Shown one piece after another: positions 26,121 to 39,888 of a stretch of DNA of 64,000 nucleotides. Origin of the DNA: Chiloscyllium plagiosum. Taxonomy: Eukaryota. The stretch spans positions 36,372,638 to 36,436,637 of the forward strand of contig NC_057722.1 of NCBI RefSeq assembly GCF_004010195.1, read 5' to 3'. The notes beneath the pieces are model-generated. The model did no database searches. It had not been told where the DNA came from and was given only the letters and a program-made list of their open reading frames with translations. Each line of letters begins with the position of its first letter. The stretch's first letter is position 1. Made by a program: the position numbers and the translations under genes.

Positions 26121-28769
26121 AACTTTCAATTATCTCTTTTAAAGGCAGTACTCCAGGTGTGTCCACAAAACTTCAAATACATTTCTTTTCTCACAATCCC
26201 ATAAGTAATCCAAATAGTATTAAAACAGAAATATCTGGTTTTCCAGAAAACAAACAAACCTGTTTTGGAAAAAATAATTACTGGACTCTACCAGAGTTAT
26301 AATAGATCTATGTCTATTTCTTCACTTTTTGATGGGTCAATATCCTGGAACACTTTCTAATGGTGTTGTGGCTGTACTTGAACATCTGTGGGAGCTCATC
26401 TAGTATACAAGGTGCAGCTCATCAACTTCTCAAGAGCAATTAGGGATGGCAACAAATGCTGACCTTCCCAATCACACTCACATTCCAAGTAAACAAAAAG
26501 ATAAAAATGCCAATGAAATTCACTCACTGAAAACAATTTGAGATTTCAGCATTTTTAACTCACAGTTCCAATTTAATATTAGTTGGATGCAATTTTCCTA
26601 AATAAATATAGTTTCTAACACAATAGCTTGCTTTCAGTATGTAAAAATCTGATTTTGAAAGAAGTCTCAAAGAACATTCAATTTTCCATACTATTATTCT
26701 ACACTGTGTTTGCTATCTCTGTTATTAGAATAGATATTATTTTCTCAGATGATGGTAGGAACAAGAATTAAATACACTAGTCATTCTCAATATTTAATAG
26801 ATGCAAAATGTGTCTCAGACAAAAAGGTTGCAATTTACTAGGAGTGGAATAGCTATTCATGCAGAAGTTCTCCCTGGAATTTTCTTCTGTAATGGGAAAA
26901 GTCTAAACACATCCAAAGCAATTGGTTGGAAAGGTATTTAAAAATGGCTGATAATACATCCAAGGTTCCTGGATGCAAATAAAAACTGGGTATAAATTTC
27001 CTGATTTATTTTTAACATCATCAGGTCCACTGTTTCCTGTTCCATTCACCTATTTGTTTTTCTCTCATTAGACTTCTGATTTTGATTGATGTTCATTCTT
27101 TACTGAAATTCATCAGCTCCGTCTAGACCTCATCAACTTTGTCCTAGACACTATGAAAGACATTAAATTGAATCACCTTTTCATCTCTACTTTTGAACAC
27201 ATTCTTTCAAGGAATTTTGTGATGGTAATTGGATAGCATCAGCTGTGAAATTATATGGGAGATCACGATCAAAAACTTTATTATTGAAATTTTCCAATGC
27301 TTGTCCATATCCCTCATTTCCTCATTCAGATCTTTCAATTTACTTTTACCTCCAATATTTCCATCACCTAAAACTTGTTCAAATATTCAATAAACAGTTT
27401 AATTCCTTTCAATAAACGTATCTACTGACTGCTTTTTCTTTCCCCTGAGCTTCCTCTCTCCAATCTTGGTCTCTCTTTTTCTCAAGGATTTCCACTCAAC
27501 TTCTCATTATATATTTATGATTGCTCACTTCATCTTATTGTTACTGACAGACCAACTGACTTGTATTCCCTTAGGCAACCAAGTTCTACTTCAACTTCTT
27601 TCATATGCTGACTTAAGGCAGAAAACAAAATAAATAAAATATACAATAGGAAAAAAACAAGATAATATCGAGACTGAAATGCATGAAACAGGTAAGCCTG
27701 CTGCAACACAATTTTAAGGTTAAAGATAAAATAATGGCACTACGCTTTCTCAAACATTCCCCAGTTCAGCTCTTTAAAATCTCCATAGTTTTCTAGCAAA
27801 GGGAGGACTTTTAAGCTATGGAACAGAGGGAATAAACTCATTCTATAAAGTTTCCAGATATAGATTATTTAAAAGAAGTTGAATGCATGATTGATGGGTG
27901 AATTGTTGGTCATTAAAATCTTCCCAAGTAACAAAATTATAATTTTAAAAAGGGCTGTGAATTGTGTAAGTACCCACCATTACATGATACAAAATGCATG
28001 TGTGCATATGTAAAGAGGAAACCAACATCATTCAGAAGTGATGGCAAGCAGCAACCAATCTGAAAGATGGCACTGCGCGAAGTATCTACAATCACAGGAA
28101 CAGAATGCAATGCCATCCAACATTCTGGTCCCTACTCTTCAAGTGAATTAAAATGCAGCAAAGTCAAGCTAGGTTGTAACAATGTTTAGCAACGATCAAT
28201 AAACTACTTGACTGTGTGTTAAACAATTCATACAAATCCTTTTATGCATTAACATGTCAGCTAGAATTGATGCAGTCATTTCTTCTGTGAAGTGCTCACA
28301 GCATTCAAGATGCTTTATTGTTTGACTAAGTGCAATTGAAATCTTTGTTTTGCATTTTTAATTTTTCCTTTGCTGGATTGTGTGATAAAAGCATTTTGAT
28401 TGTTAAAGTAACTGTGCAATGCTTTTCTGTTAAGTTTTATTAATAAGTGTTCACACAACAGTGGGTGACAGAAGTCCATAACACTATGTTAAAACTACAC
28501 ACAACATGACCATTTCTAGAGTGTATTGTCAATTATAGATCTGTAACTTGCGAGAATTCCAAACATTACTAAGAATTGCTATTGAGTTTAATTAAGGTCT
28601 AATTTTCTGCCAGTCTCTAGTGAACTCTCTCCCTGACCTTTTCACAATATCTAATTGAAAAGTAAGCACCAATTGCACTGCAACCTTCGCCAGGATTAGT
28701 AACTGCTAACCAAGAGGGAACAGTGCTTCACTTCCATGGCAAGTGGTGACATTGTGGACATGACCATAG

Positions 28770-29210
28770 AACCACAGAATTGTTACAGGGCAGGTGGTTG
28801 CCATTTAGCCCATTGTGTCTGCGCTGGCTTCATTAACTAGTGCCAATCTTGTGCCTTTTACCCCATACACCTTCACATATTTCCACCAAATAACCATGCG
28901 ATGCCATCTTGAATGCTTCAATTAAACCTATCACATTCTCAGGCAGTGCATTCCATATCCTAATTACTCGCTGTGTGAAAATGTTTTCTTACAACACTCT
29001 TGCTTCATTTGTACATCACTTTAAATCAATGCTCTCTTGTTCTTTTATGAATGGGACCAGCTTTTCACTCTCTACTTGATCCAGCCCGCTCACGTTTTTG
29101 AAAACCTCTATCAAATCTCCTTTTTTGATCCTTCGTTTCTCCAAAGGGAACAGTCCCAACATCTTCAATCTATCCTCATAACTAAAGTCCCTATTTCCTA
29201 TAATCACTCG
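28770..29210 (-). mobile_element. CR1 3' end fragment
   Basis: DFSYEDRLKMLGLFPLEKRR..GDLIEVFK on the minus strand. Confidence 0.75.
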
Positions 29211-29339
29211 TGGTTCCATTAAAAATAATTCTGCAAGAATGTCAAAGGTGATAGTTTGAACATATACTACAAAAAGCTGTTGCTGTGCAATTTTCAGCTT
29301 GAACTGATTTTCCAGAATAAGATACTGTAGAAAAGCAAG

Positions 29340-29590
29340 GGGAGGCAATGGCCTAATGTTCTGGGGACCAGGGTTCATCCTGCCATGACAAACGGTGGAA
29401 TTTGAATTCAATAAAAATCAGGATCATCGATTGTTGGAGGAAAAATCCATCTGGTTCACTCATGGCCTTTAGGAAAGGAAACCGCTGTCATTATCTGGTC
29501 TAGTCTATATGTGACGCACAGCAATGTGTCTGTCTCTTAACTGCCCTCTGGGCAATTAGGGAGAGACACTCATATTTCATGAATAAATAA
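29340..29590 (+). mobile_element. tRNA-derived SINE with L2-like 3' tail
   Basis: ggtggaatttgaattcaat core and gggcaattaggg..gaataaataaaa tail. A similar tail lies at ~26330-26500. Confidence 0.55.
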
Positions 29591-30224
29591 AAGTACATCT
29601 GCAAATCCACTCACCCACTGGTAGGATAGGCACTCTAATAACAGTGTCCTCTTTCAGGTCAACATTTCCAGAATCAGAGCACTAATTACAATTAAATCAG
29701 CTGCATTGGCTGAGCTAAGTTCTCAGGATGCTGGAAACAATACTTCCAAAACAAGGCTTTTAGTGTAAGTTTCGACATTACATGTGGTTGGGGCAGTGCA
29801 GAAGAAATGCTTCATGCATGTCATCAAATTTCTTCCCAGGAGCTTTAATACGCCTACCAACTCTTGGGAATATCTGGCCCAAGGCCACTCAAATTGTAGA
29901 ACAAACATCTGCAAATGTGTCAACTGTTTCAATTATCTCCAATAGACCAAGATGGAAGTACAAACAGTATACTAGCGTTCAAAAACATGAGCTTTGCAAT
30001 CCCTGGCTTCAGCAAAGACCACCTCCCCCAACCATGGCAGGGTTTGTATATCTAGGAATAGACTACTCAGTCACCTTAGGACCCATAACAATAGAATGAA
30101 AGAAAGTCATTCTCGATCCCTCAGGCCTGCCAGAGAGAGACAAGCAGACATAGATTTGGTTGCTTGAACTAATCTGGAGTATGCCAAGCTTCACTGTTTG
30201 GTTAAGAATGTACTAGCAAATAAT

Positions 30225-31110
30225 ATCACAGAATCATACAGCTTGGAAAAAGTCTTTTTGGTCCAACTAGTCCATGCCAACCCAGTTCCTAAAGCAAACT
30301 AGTTCCACTTGCCTGCATTTGACCTATTACCCTGTAAATTTTTCCTATTCATTACTTATCCAAATATCTTTTAAAAATATTCTAACTTTACCTGCATACA
30401 CCACTTCCTCTGGTAGTTCAATCCACATACAAATCATGTTCAGTGTAAAAAGGTTGCTCCTCATGTCCCTTTTAAATCTTTCTTCTTTCAACTTAAAAAT
30501 ATGCCCCTAGTTTTGAGCTCCCCCACCCTAGGGAAACGACCTGGCTGTTCACCTTATCTATGCTCCTCATGATTTTATAAGTTTCTATTAAAAAAAAAGT
30601 CAACCCCTCAACCTCCTACTCTCCAGTGGAAAAAAAGTTACAGCTTATCTTTATAACTCAATCCTTCATTCCCAGCATCATCTTTTTGGAAAACTCTTCA
30701 ATTTAATAATATCCTTCCTATAGCAGAGTGACCAGAACTGTATATAGTACCCCAGAAGAGGCCTCACCAATATGACATGCCAGCTACTATATTCAAAAGG
30801 TCTGAGCAATGAAGGTGTGAGCTAAATACCTTCTTAATCACCCGATTAAACTCTGTCTGCCACTCCACAGCCCATTGCCCCAATTGATCAATATTTCTTT
30901 GTAATCTTAGATAACCTTCCTCATTGTCAATTATATCATGAAGCTTGGTATCATCCACAAACTTACAACATCTTCTAAAATTTTATCTAAATCATTTATA
31001 TAAATGACAAACAAAAGTGGACCCATTACCAATCCCTGTGGAACATTATTGGTTACAGGCCTCAAGTCTGAAAAACAATCCTCCTCCTCCACCCTCATGC
31101 CACTATCTTG
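30225..31110 (-). mobile_element. CR1 RT to 3' end fragment
   Basis: [30 protein letters not shown], and EEGYLRLQRNIDQLGQWA. Confidence 0.85.
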
Positions 31111-31254
31111 ATATAAATTCAAATTTTACTAACTTTTTAAAAATTATCAAATATTCAAAAGCAGTGTACTAAATCTTGCTTCCTATTGAATCAATTAATA
31201 TAGCAATACAAGATACAAATTTATTACCCATACAATAAATTCCATTTCCTAAAA

Positions 31255-31800
31255 AAAAGAGCATTTATATATTTTCCTTCACAACCTCAGGCGATCAAGT
31301 CCTCTACAGCCAAACATTTGTAAATTGTCACAGTTGTAATATAGGAAATAGGGCAGTAAATATGTGCACAGCAAACTTCTACAAATAGAAATGTGAACAA
31401 TGACCAGATAACCTGTTTTTATGATGTTAATTGAGGGATAGATTTTGGCCAGGTACTGGAGATAACTTCGCTACTCTTCTTTGAAGTACTGCTATAGGAT
31501 CACTTTACATCCATTTGAGTGAGCAGATTGCACCTGCTTTACATTCCATATGAAAGATACCACCTCTGATTTTGCAGCACTCTGTCAGTACTGAACTGGA
31601 GTGTCAACCTAAAATTTTGTATTCAAGTCCTGAAGTGGAGTTTTAACAACCTGGTTTTTTTTGTGTCCTGCCTATTCATTTAAAGGCATTGAATCTCTGA
31701 CTTTTTTTTCCTCTGTGTGGTTGCACAGGTGAGAGTGAGCTAGGCGCACAACCTTCTGTATCAGAGCCAAGAGTGCTTCCAACTGAGTTGCAACTGGCAT
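31255..31800 (-). mobile_element. DeuSINE/SacSINE1-like element
   Basis: tgtgcacagcaaac..aatgaccagataa..gagggata..ttggccagg..gcagcactc..cagtactg core and tRNA-like head (gagtgcttccaactgag). Confidence 0.7.
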
Positions 31801-33043
31801 GGCCCTAGTAGAATATTTCCTTAAAAATGATCTTTAATAGATTAGATCTGATAAAAAAACAAAAGAATGCTGTAAATCACAGACAAAAATAGAAATTGCT
31901 GGAAAAGCTCAGAAGGTCTGGCAGCATCTGTGGTCAGAAATCAGAGTTAATGTTTTGAGTTGCGTGACCCTTCCTCAGAACAAGGAACAAAGCTCCATTT
32001 TAAATTTATGGTTGATTGGCTTATTTGTAGCCTCGCAAAAACAGAGTTGTCTAACTTCAAGAAAGACCTAGCTTATATCTATATTTTGTATGTTTTAAAT
32101 CACATTATTGCTTTCTAATCATTGACAACCTTTGCTGAGTAATAAGAAAGAGAATAACACAAATTTAGAAATAGTCAAAGTAACTGCTAAAAGAGGACAA
32201 CAGGTTGGTTAAAACCACCGTTTATCCTTTGCTAAGAAGGTGAATCAAGTAAAACTCGAAAGTGCATACTGAACCCAAAGGCTGACATTTGTGTGTCATT
32301 AGCACCTTCACACCAACCAAACATTTGGAGAAAGAGCCCAGTAGGCTATCAAAATTAAGTTCTAAACAATATTTATATCCCCCATTAACATTAAGCAGAC
32401 AATTCTCTAATTTTCTGAAGGATATTACTTTGTGCAAATTAACTTTTTCTCTGCTGATAGTTATTGGGCGAAAGTGAGTACTTTATTGGGTGCAAGTGCT
32501 TCGGGCATTCTAATAACAAAATGTTGTATTTTATCAGAACTAACTCCTATGCTTTTAAAATTTTATCAAAATTGTAAACAAAAAGTAGAGATACGCAGCA
32601 GGTGCGGCCAAAACTTGATTTTTTTTCAGGGATATTGATGGGGGTGATGCGTACTTCAATTATTTTCGAACCTCACAGTGGTTCAGTAACTACCGCTTGC
32701 CACTCCTTATTTCATCTACATCATTATTTGTAGGACAATCAACGTGGAACTTTTTCTTCAGCTGTGATTTTATTTGTTTTGGAAAATGTTTTTACTTGAG
32801 AGGAATGTAACATGAAAGATTTACTGGAAGTGATATACACGAATAACGCTGTCACAAGCGACTAGCTGACAAGTGAATGGACAATTCTGAAATTTGTAAA
32901 TCTGTGATACTTTGAAACTGCGAACACGCAAACGCTCTACGTATATTACTTCACTTCAGTCTCGAAAACGAACAGCAGTCAATTGTAAATATGCTATAAC
33001 TATTTAGAAAAGCAGCATCAAGAAAGAGTAATTACAGCATTAC

Positions 33044-33184
33044 CATATCCTGTACTCCTCTGAACGTCGCATCTAAGAGCATCAGTTTCCAGGGTTCAGA
33101 AACCGTGTTGGGAATTGGGACGTACACATAATAACCTATCAGGCCGGTAACGATCACCATTACCGAAACTGTTGCCCGCATCAT
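33044..33184 (-). CDS. NCEH1: NCEH1 (neutral cholesterol ester hydrolase 1 / AADACL1) exon 1, N-terminal membrane anchor
   Basis: Translates MMRATVSVMVIVTGLIGYYVYVPIPNTVSEPWKLMLLDATFRGVQDM, matching the NCEH1 N-terminus (YYVYIPLP..PWKLMLLDATFRG). GT donor at 33043-33042, 141 nt, phase 0. A second ATG at 33181 is an alternative start. Confidence 0.93.
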
Positions 33185-33742
33185 GACAAAATGCGGGTCA
33201 AAAACTGGAAATGATCGCAGAAGCACAGACACATATTTCCTCCACTGCTACTACTTAACCCAGCCAGACACAGACCAATCAGCTCGCTGTGGCTTTGTTA
33301 ATCTACATATTGGCTACGGGATGGTGGGAATTGTAGTTTTATTGGGTAGGAACTTTGCACAATGACAAAGTTCGACAAGAAGAGCGAAGCAAAAAAGAAA
33401 ATACAGCCAGCGAGCTAAAAGATTGATATTATTAGGAATTGGTGTTAATTGTGGATACTGAGTTACCGTCGACTAATTAAATGCACCGTAATCTTACAGG
33501 CCTCTAGTTCGGAGCTGTAAAGCAATGGGTGACTGACGTTATTTTTGTAGCATGTCTGAAGGCGATGATATTTGAAATAAAACATTGCTAGGAATGGAGA
33601 TTACATTATAGAATGTGAACGTTGTGTATGTTTTCTCCAGAATTCGAATCCTGGGGCCGGGTTCCAATTGACGTCACAGAGGGCAACCGCCATCTTTCTG
33701 ACAGGCAGACGGGTGGTGGATGCTGGCGGCCGCAGCTAGAAA
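33185..33742. promoter_or_regulatory. Bidirectional promoter and 5'UTRs between NCEH1 and the THAP gene
   Basis: Divergent ATGs 558 bp apart with local CpG enrichment. CCAAT 33275-33279, ATTGG 33309-33313, TGGGAATTGTAGT 33325-33337, TGACGTCA 33669-33676, CCGCCATCTT 33687-33696. Confidence 0.8.
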
Positions 33743-33813
33743 ATGCCAGTCTCCTGTAGTGCACTGGACTGCAAAAACCGCTTCAAGAAAGGGAGCGGTA
33801 TAACTTTCCACAG
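33743..33813 (+). CDS. THAP-domain protein exon 1 (not in ORF track)
   Basis: MPVSCSALDCKNRFKKGSGITFH(R) is the M-x3-C-x4-C start of a THAP C2CH finger. CAG|gtagtg donor after 71 nt, phase 2, the same intron position I recall for THAP1. Confidence 0.9.
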
Positions 33814-34794
33814 GTAGTGTAGCTAGGAGGTCATCTTTTCTTTTTAATGTTACTTGCATTATAATTGTAACTTTAATCTTCTTGCGTGAAAATTTACAAG
33901 GTTTTTTTAACGTGGCTACTAAGTTACGTTGATGTAAGCTTGGAGGCGATTTTAGAATTAACCTCTGGGCAATGATAAAGCTTGTCAATTTTTGGGTCCT
34001 CTTGAAAGCTGTCATTTCTCGCTGCTTTGTATGTTTCTGCATTTCATTTCATTCGTTATTATTTGCGATTAAAAAATCTACAGTAAAATTATTTAGAATA
34101 TTCCTAAAGCATTTTACTGGGGGGTGGGGGTAAACCTGACATTTGGAAGGCCCTTTTTTGTGTGTTCTATTATTCTGTGACTGTTTTACGCCCCCTTACT
34201 CCGTAGGCGGATGGTACAATCTGTTGCATATGTCTGTATTGGCCCACAGCTTCAATCGCATCCCGATTCGTGATATTGTTTATTAAATTTACTTTCTAAA
34301 CTAGCTCGAGCGAAGAAAGTTAGCTTGAAAGGAGTTTAAGAAAATGCCCTTCCCAGAATTAAGAATTACATCAATCACATTTCTGTTTACTTTTGAGCCA
34401 TTGGCATTAGTTGGCCTTGTTTTGTGAACATGCATTGCTACTGACTTCACCAAATAGCGTCGAGTTTATATCAGGCAGGTGCAATTTTATGCTGGAGGGA
34501 AGGGTGCAACAATATATTCCGGCAAAGTCAATCGTAAGAAAACTTTAAGTCTGCACTGAATTATTTCCTTTGCGTCAGCAATAGCCTGATAACATAATAA
34601 ACTTCTTGAGGTGAAGTACGGGGTTATTGCCTGTCCATTGACTTGAGAATGTTGTCTGTTCAGTGTTGGGAGTTTCTACTGCATGACGGGTCTTTGTGTG
34701 ACTGAAATTATTTCCAATCCGAAGAACTTTCAGCATATGAGCAGTGAGATCTTGAGTGTAACACTTGTTTTCCTTTATTGCTCTCCCTCATTAT

Positions 34795-36170
34795 TAGATA
34801 GAAACTAGTAGCAGGAGTAGGCCCTTCAGTCCTTTGAATCTGTTCCACCATTCAGTATGATCATGACTGATACTGTATCTCAATACTATATTCCTGCTTT
34901 CCAGTCCTGTTAAGATATTGCACTTTTCAATCAGATCCCTTCTTATCTTCCTAAACTTAAGTGAATACAGGCCCAGTTGAACTCATCTCTCCCCATAGGA
35001 CAGCCCTGCTACCCTAGTGTCACCCTAGTAAGTCGATGTTGAACTCACTCTGTGGCAAGTATATCCTTTCTTAGATAAGGAGACCAAAACTGCATGCAAT
35101 ATTGTGTGGTCTCACCAGGTTCCTGTACAACTGCAGTAAAATATCCAACTCCTGAACTCAAATCCTCTTGTAATGAAGGTCAGCAGCGTACCATTTCCCT
35201 CATTAATACTTGCTACTGTCTGCTTTCATTGACTGGTGCACCACCCGCCCATGCACATTTTGTACTATATCATCATTTCAATAATACTCAGCTTATCTGT
35301 TTTTCACACCAAAGCATTTAACTCCACTTTGTCACACGTTGCATCTGCCATGTGTTTGCCATCACAGCTTGCCTAATTTGCCGTGAGGCCTCTTACATCC
35401 TCATGACAGTCTCAATCCTGCCTAGTTTTCCAAATTTGGAAATGTTGCAATTGGCTGTCTCATCTGAGTCATTTGTACATATTGTGAATAGCAGTATATT
35501 AAGCACTTGTCCCTGCGCTACTCCACTTAAACTTGACTGTCGTCTAGAAAAAGCCTCACTTATTCCTGCTCTCTGTTTGTATCTGTCAACCAGTTCTTAA
35601 TCCATTCCAATATATTACAATCAATCCTATGTCTTTTAATTTTGTTCACTTATTTCTTAGGTCAGACCTTATTAAAAGACTTGTGAAAATCCAAATCCGG
35701 CACATTCATTTGTTCTCTCTTATCTATTCCAGTTGCATTACCATAACTCCAGTCAATTTTTCAGCTTGATTTGTGTTTCATAAAACCATGCTAACTTTGT
35801 CCAACTCTGTTAATGCTTTCAAACTGTTATGTTATCATGCCTTTTTGTAATAGCTTCTAGCATTTTCCTCACTACTGATGTTAGGCTAATTGATCTGGAA
35901 TTCTGCTTTTTCTTTTCCTCCCTTTCTAAACAGTAGGGTCACATTTGCCACCCCTCTAATTTGTAGTAACTGCTCTGGAGTCTATAGAATTTCAGATGAC
36001 TGCCAATGCATCCAATATTTCCAAGGTTACTTCCTCTAGGGGATATAGGTTATCAGATTTGTCACCCATTAACCTTAGAATTTTCTGTAGCACAGTTCTG
36101 TAGTAATACATATTTCCTTCAATTCCTTCATCTAACTAGAACATTGGCTCCTGAATATTTCTGGAAGGCA
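34795..36170 (-). mobile_element. Degraded CR1 fragment in THAP intron 1
   Basis: ggagaccaaaactgcatgcaatatt (YCxQFWSP on minus) and upstream RT blocks. Confidence 0.7.
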
Positions 36171-37444
36171 GCTGCTCCAAGATTCTGTACATGGCGATTG
36201 GCATCAGTGCAGTATTGTGACATTAAGGTTCAGTTCCAAAAATTGCAGCTGTGCATGGACCTCAGATGCCTAGTGCAGCAAGAAAGAAATTTAGAGGGAA
36301 TGTTGATTGTAAATAGTATGAGGGCTATCACACAGCCATACTTATTACTGGTCTGGATTTGGAATTCATCTGTTTCAGACTTCCCATAACACATTTGCAA
36401 TTACATCATCATGAAGCTGATGCAGGATTGCACTGAAATTTCTCAGTAATTATATAGTTAATGTATTGAGCGCACTGTATACTTGATTGGTAATAAATAC
36501 TTCTAGGTAGCAATGGAAATATGAAAAATTGTGGCTTCTGGTTCAGGACAATGGTTTGGGACTGGTGGCATAATAATGGAGATGATGGTGCCAGCTAAAG
36601 ATGTTTCAGGCATATCAATATATTGACTGGCCTATCATCTATGTGCTCCTGGTTGGCTTTGATTTTATGACTTGTCATTCTGAAATTCAATAATGAGTTT
36701 GGTTGAGTGACGTCATTGAGCTGGGCCTTGTCATGCTGTGAGACGGTGACATTATTTCCTGGACTGTTGAGTTGATGAACTTATTCAGTGACACTCTACA
36801 GTGGGAGTTGGTTCATTTCATAAACCTGAGAAAGTTTTGTAAAAATACAAGTTCAGCTGAGCATGACTCCGATCAGATAAGAACTTGCAGTTAGCAATGG
36901 AGTGCTGGAGGACAACAGTAGAATAGAATATCTAAGAGCTGAGTCCTTCCCAACTTGGGCTAGATTGCAGGCAAGGAAAGGTGAAAAATGATGTTTATGC
37001 GAAGATAACCAGTTTACGAAAAAAGCTTTGTTAAACTTTGGTAAATCTTTTGCTGCCTAATTCACCATCTGGATATTGGTCTGCTTGACGTTCCTATTAA
37101 TGTGTATTTTCTTGCCTATTCATGTATTGTTTTAGCTTTGTAACCTATTGTTGAGTATCTGTTTATTTTCACAGCGAAAGAGTTGGCGTGACTATTCATC
37201 TGCTTTATGTTAAAACCCAACATTCTACATTATTTAACTGACTAAAATTGAATTGTCAAATAATTTTTTAAGATACTTAGAGCAGTTGCAAATCGTCTGT
37301 TATGCCTAGAATTGTGGGGCAGGGGTATTGACTGACAAAGCATCTAAAATTATAAACTTTGAAATGCTATTTAAGACGTTTGCAGTTACAGTAAGTTGTG
37401 TTGAATCCATACTTTTACTTTGTTTTGGATTCTGTTGATTGTAG

Positions 37445-37634
37445 ATTTCCTTTTTCGAGACCTGAGCTCATGGCAAAATGGTTAAAAGCTGTAGCACGGG
37501 AAAACTGGATGCCATCACCAAGAGCAACTCTCTGTAGTGATCACTTCACAAAAGATTGTTTTGAGGAAAGGAATGATAGACGACATTTAAGATTCTATTC
37601 CGTTCCAACAATATTTCCACTGCCGACAAACAAG
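37445..37634 (+). CDS. THAP-domain protein exon 2 (rest of the THAP domain)
   Basis: ttgtag acceptor, FPFSRPELMAKWLKAV...LCSDHFTKDCF...SVPTIF, with the invariant P, W, C-x2-H-F and AVPTIF-type box. AAG|gtagag donor, 190 nt. Confidence 0.93.
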
Positions 37635-37865
37635 GTAGAGTTTCAACCATTATTGTGAGTGTCATTTATTTCAGTAAATTATTGATGGAAATCAAATATC
37701 TGCACTAGACAATCACAGGTTTTCACAAATATGCCTTGTCAGGAGTCTGTCTTTTTATAATGAATTAATGAGCCCTTCCCATTACATATCAAATAATCCA
37801 AATCTTGATTGCTTTAGAAAATTTTATCTTTTAAGTAGCTATTGAGGTCTCAGTGTATTAATAAA

Positions 37866-37893
37866 GACTGACTGACTGACTGACTGACTGACT
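37866..37893. repeat. (GACT)n microsatellite
   Basis: About seven GACT units. Confidence 0.9.
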
Positions 37894-39189
37894 CATAAAG
37901 TGTCCTTTTAAAAGTACAATTTCTATGATTTTGAACTGGTACACTAATGTTAACCGTCACACTTTGAGAAGAATTGTAAGCTGTATGTTGTGTGGAAATT
38001 TTGAATTGTTATGCTTTTACTGACCAGTGAAATTAAGGGTATCACCAAGGAGATCTTTTGACGAATGTTTTTGTTTTCACAAGTGCAGTAGAGTCATACC
38101 ACATCGCAACAGATCGTTTGATCCAACCAGTCCAGGCCGACCATGTTCCCACCGACCTGCTTTTGGATCATATTCCTCCAAACCTTTCCTATTTATGTAC
38201 TCATCCAAATGTCTTCTAAATGTTGTAACTGTACCTACACCCACCCCTTCCTCTGGTACTTCATTCCACATGCTAACACTCCCTTTTTTTTAAAAAAAAA
38301 AGAAACATCCCTCATGTCGTTTTATAAATCTTTCTCCTCTTGCCTTCAGTATGACCCCTGGTTTGAAACTCTGTCACCCCAGGGAAAAGACTCTTGCTAT
38401 TCACTTTGTCCCTCATGATTTTATGAACTTCTATAAGGTCACCCTCATCCTCCTACACTCCAATGAAAAGAAGCCCAGCCTATCCAATCTATTCTTGTAA
38501 CTCAAACCCTCTATTCCTGACAACATCCTGGTAAATCTGTCCTGAACCCTCTCCAGCTTAATATCACTCCTATAACAGTGCAACGAGAACTGCGCACAGT
38601 ACTGCAGAAGCTGTCTCAGCAAGGTCCTGTACAAATTCAACATAACTCCCAACTCTTATACTCAAGTACTCTGAACAGTGAAGGCAAGTGTGCTAAATGC
38701 TGCCTTAACCATCCTGTCTATCTGTGACACAACTTTCAAAGAATTATGTACCTGAACCCCTAGGTGTCTCTGTTCTACAATACTACCCTGGGCCCTTCCG
38801 TTAATTGTATTAATCTTGCCCTGTTATTTTACCAAAATGCAATACCTTGCGTTTATCCAAATTAAACTCCATCTACCACACTTAAGGCAATTGATCAAGA
38901 TCTCTTTATAATCTTAAATATTCTTCACTGTCAACTATGCCACCAAACTTACTAACCATGCCTTCTAAATTCTCTTTCAAATAATTTAAATGACAAACAA
39001 AAGTGGACCCAGTACCAATCCCTGTGGGACACTGCTGATCACAGGCCTCCAGTCTGAAAAACAACCCTCCTCTACCACCACCCTCTACCTTCAACTGTAA
39101 AGCCAATTTTGTATCCAATTGGCAAGCTCACCCTGGATCCCATGTGATCTACTTTACTAATTAGTTTACCATGTGGAACCTTATCAAAA

Positions 39190-39888
39190 TGTTATGACAT
39201 GGGTTAAACCCCTCTGCTAATTTAATCCCGACACACAGCAGCTCACCTCGAGCCATAAAATCTGTTAAATTTCAAAGCAAAGAACTATCCCAGATTTCAC
39301 TAATTAAAGTAAAAATGAACCTTGAAATCTAACAGCGAGCATTTAAAACCACAGCTATTTGCAACTCCTTTCTCTTAAACCTATGTTTTACCTCCCACTC
39401 TACAATACTGGTCCGATAAATTCCCTCTTAGGTTTACAGCAAATCAATTTCAAACCAAGTTGTCATCTTCAGATGTCAAACTTTCTCTGTAGCTTTCTCT
39501 AGGTTGGCTTTGGTCTTCTGCACAAATTTCTTATGGACGGGTACCTTTCAGAGAGCTATTCTGCTGGCAGTCTTGGTGCTTGCTTTGCTGTTCTCGGCAG
39601 TTCTACCCCCAACTGTTCAAAGTGTCTGGTCTTCTAGCCCCAAACATTGGATAATTTCATTGGTTCGATGTCATGAAAACATTAAATTCAAATTCGATTG
39701 AATTTTGGTATCTGGGGCACAATTCAAACATGCCAGATTTTGAATTTGTTTTTGTACCATGGCAACACAGCGCCAGCTGTTGAGTCAACCAAATATTACA
39801 TTTTTAAATGGTTCAGCACACTCTGCTTTCAGTCCTTGCCAGCTTCCTCTCTCTCTTAAAGGTACAGTACACCTATACCTTCATAACA
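39190..39888. mobile_element. Solo LTR, copy 2, inserted into a CR1 fragment
   Basis: TGTTATGA...TCATAACA inverted termini (TG..CA), flanks aaaa/aaag. CR1 sequence resumes across the insert (ccttatcaaa|ggctttact). Confidence 0.75.
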
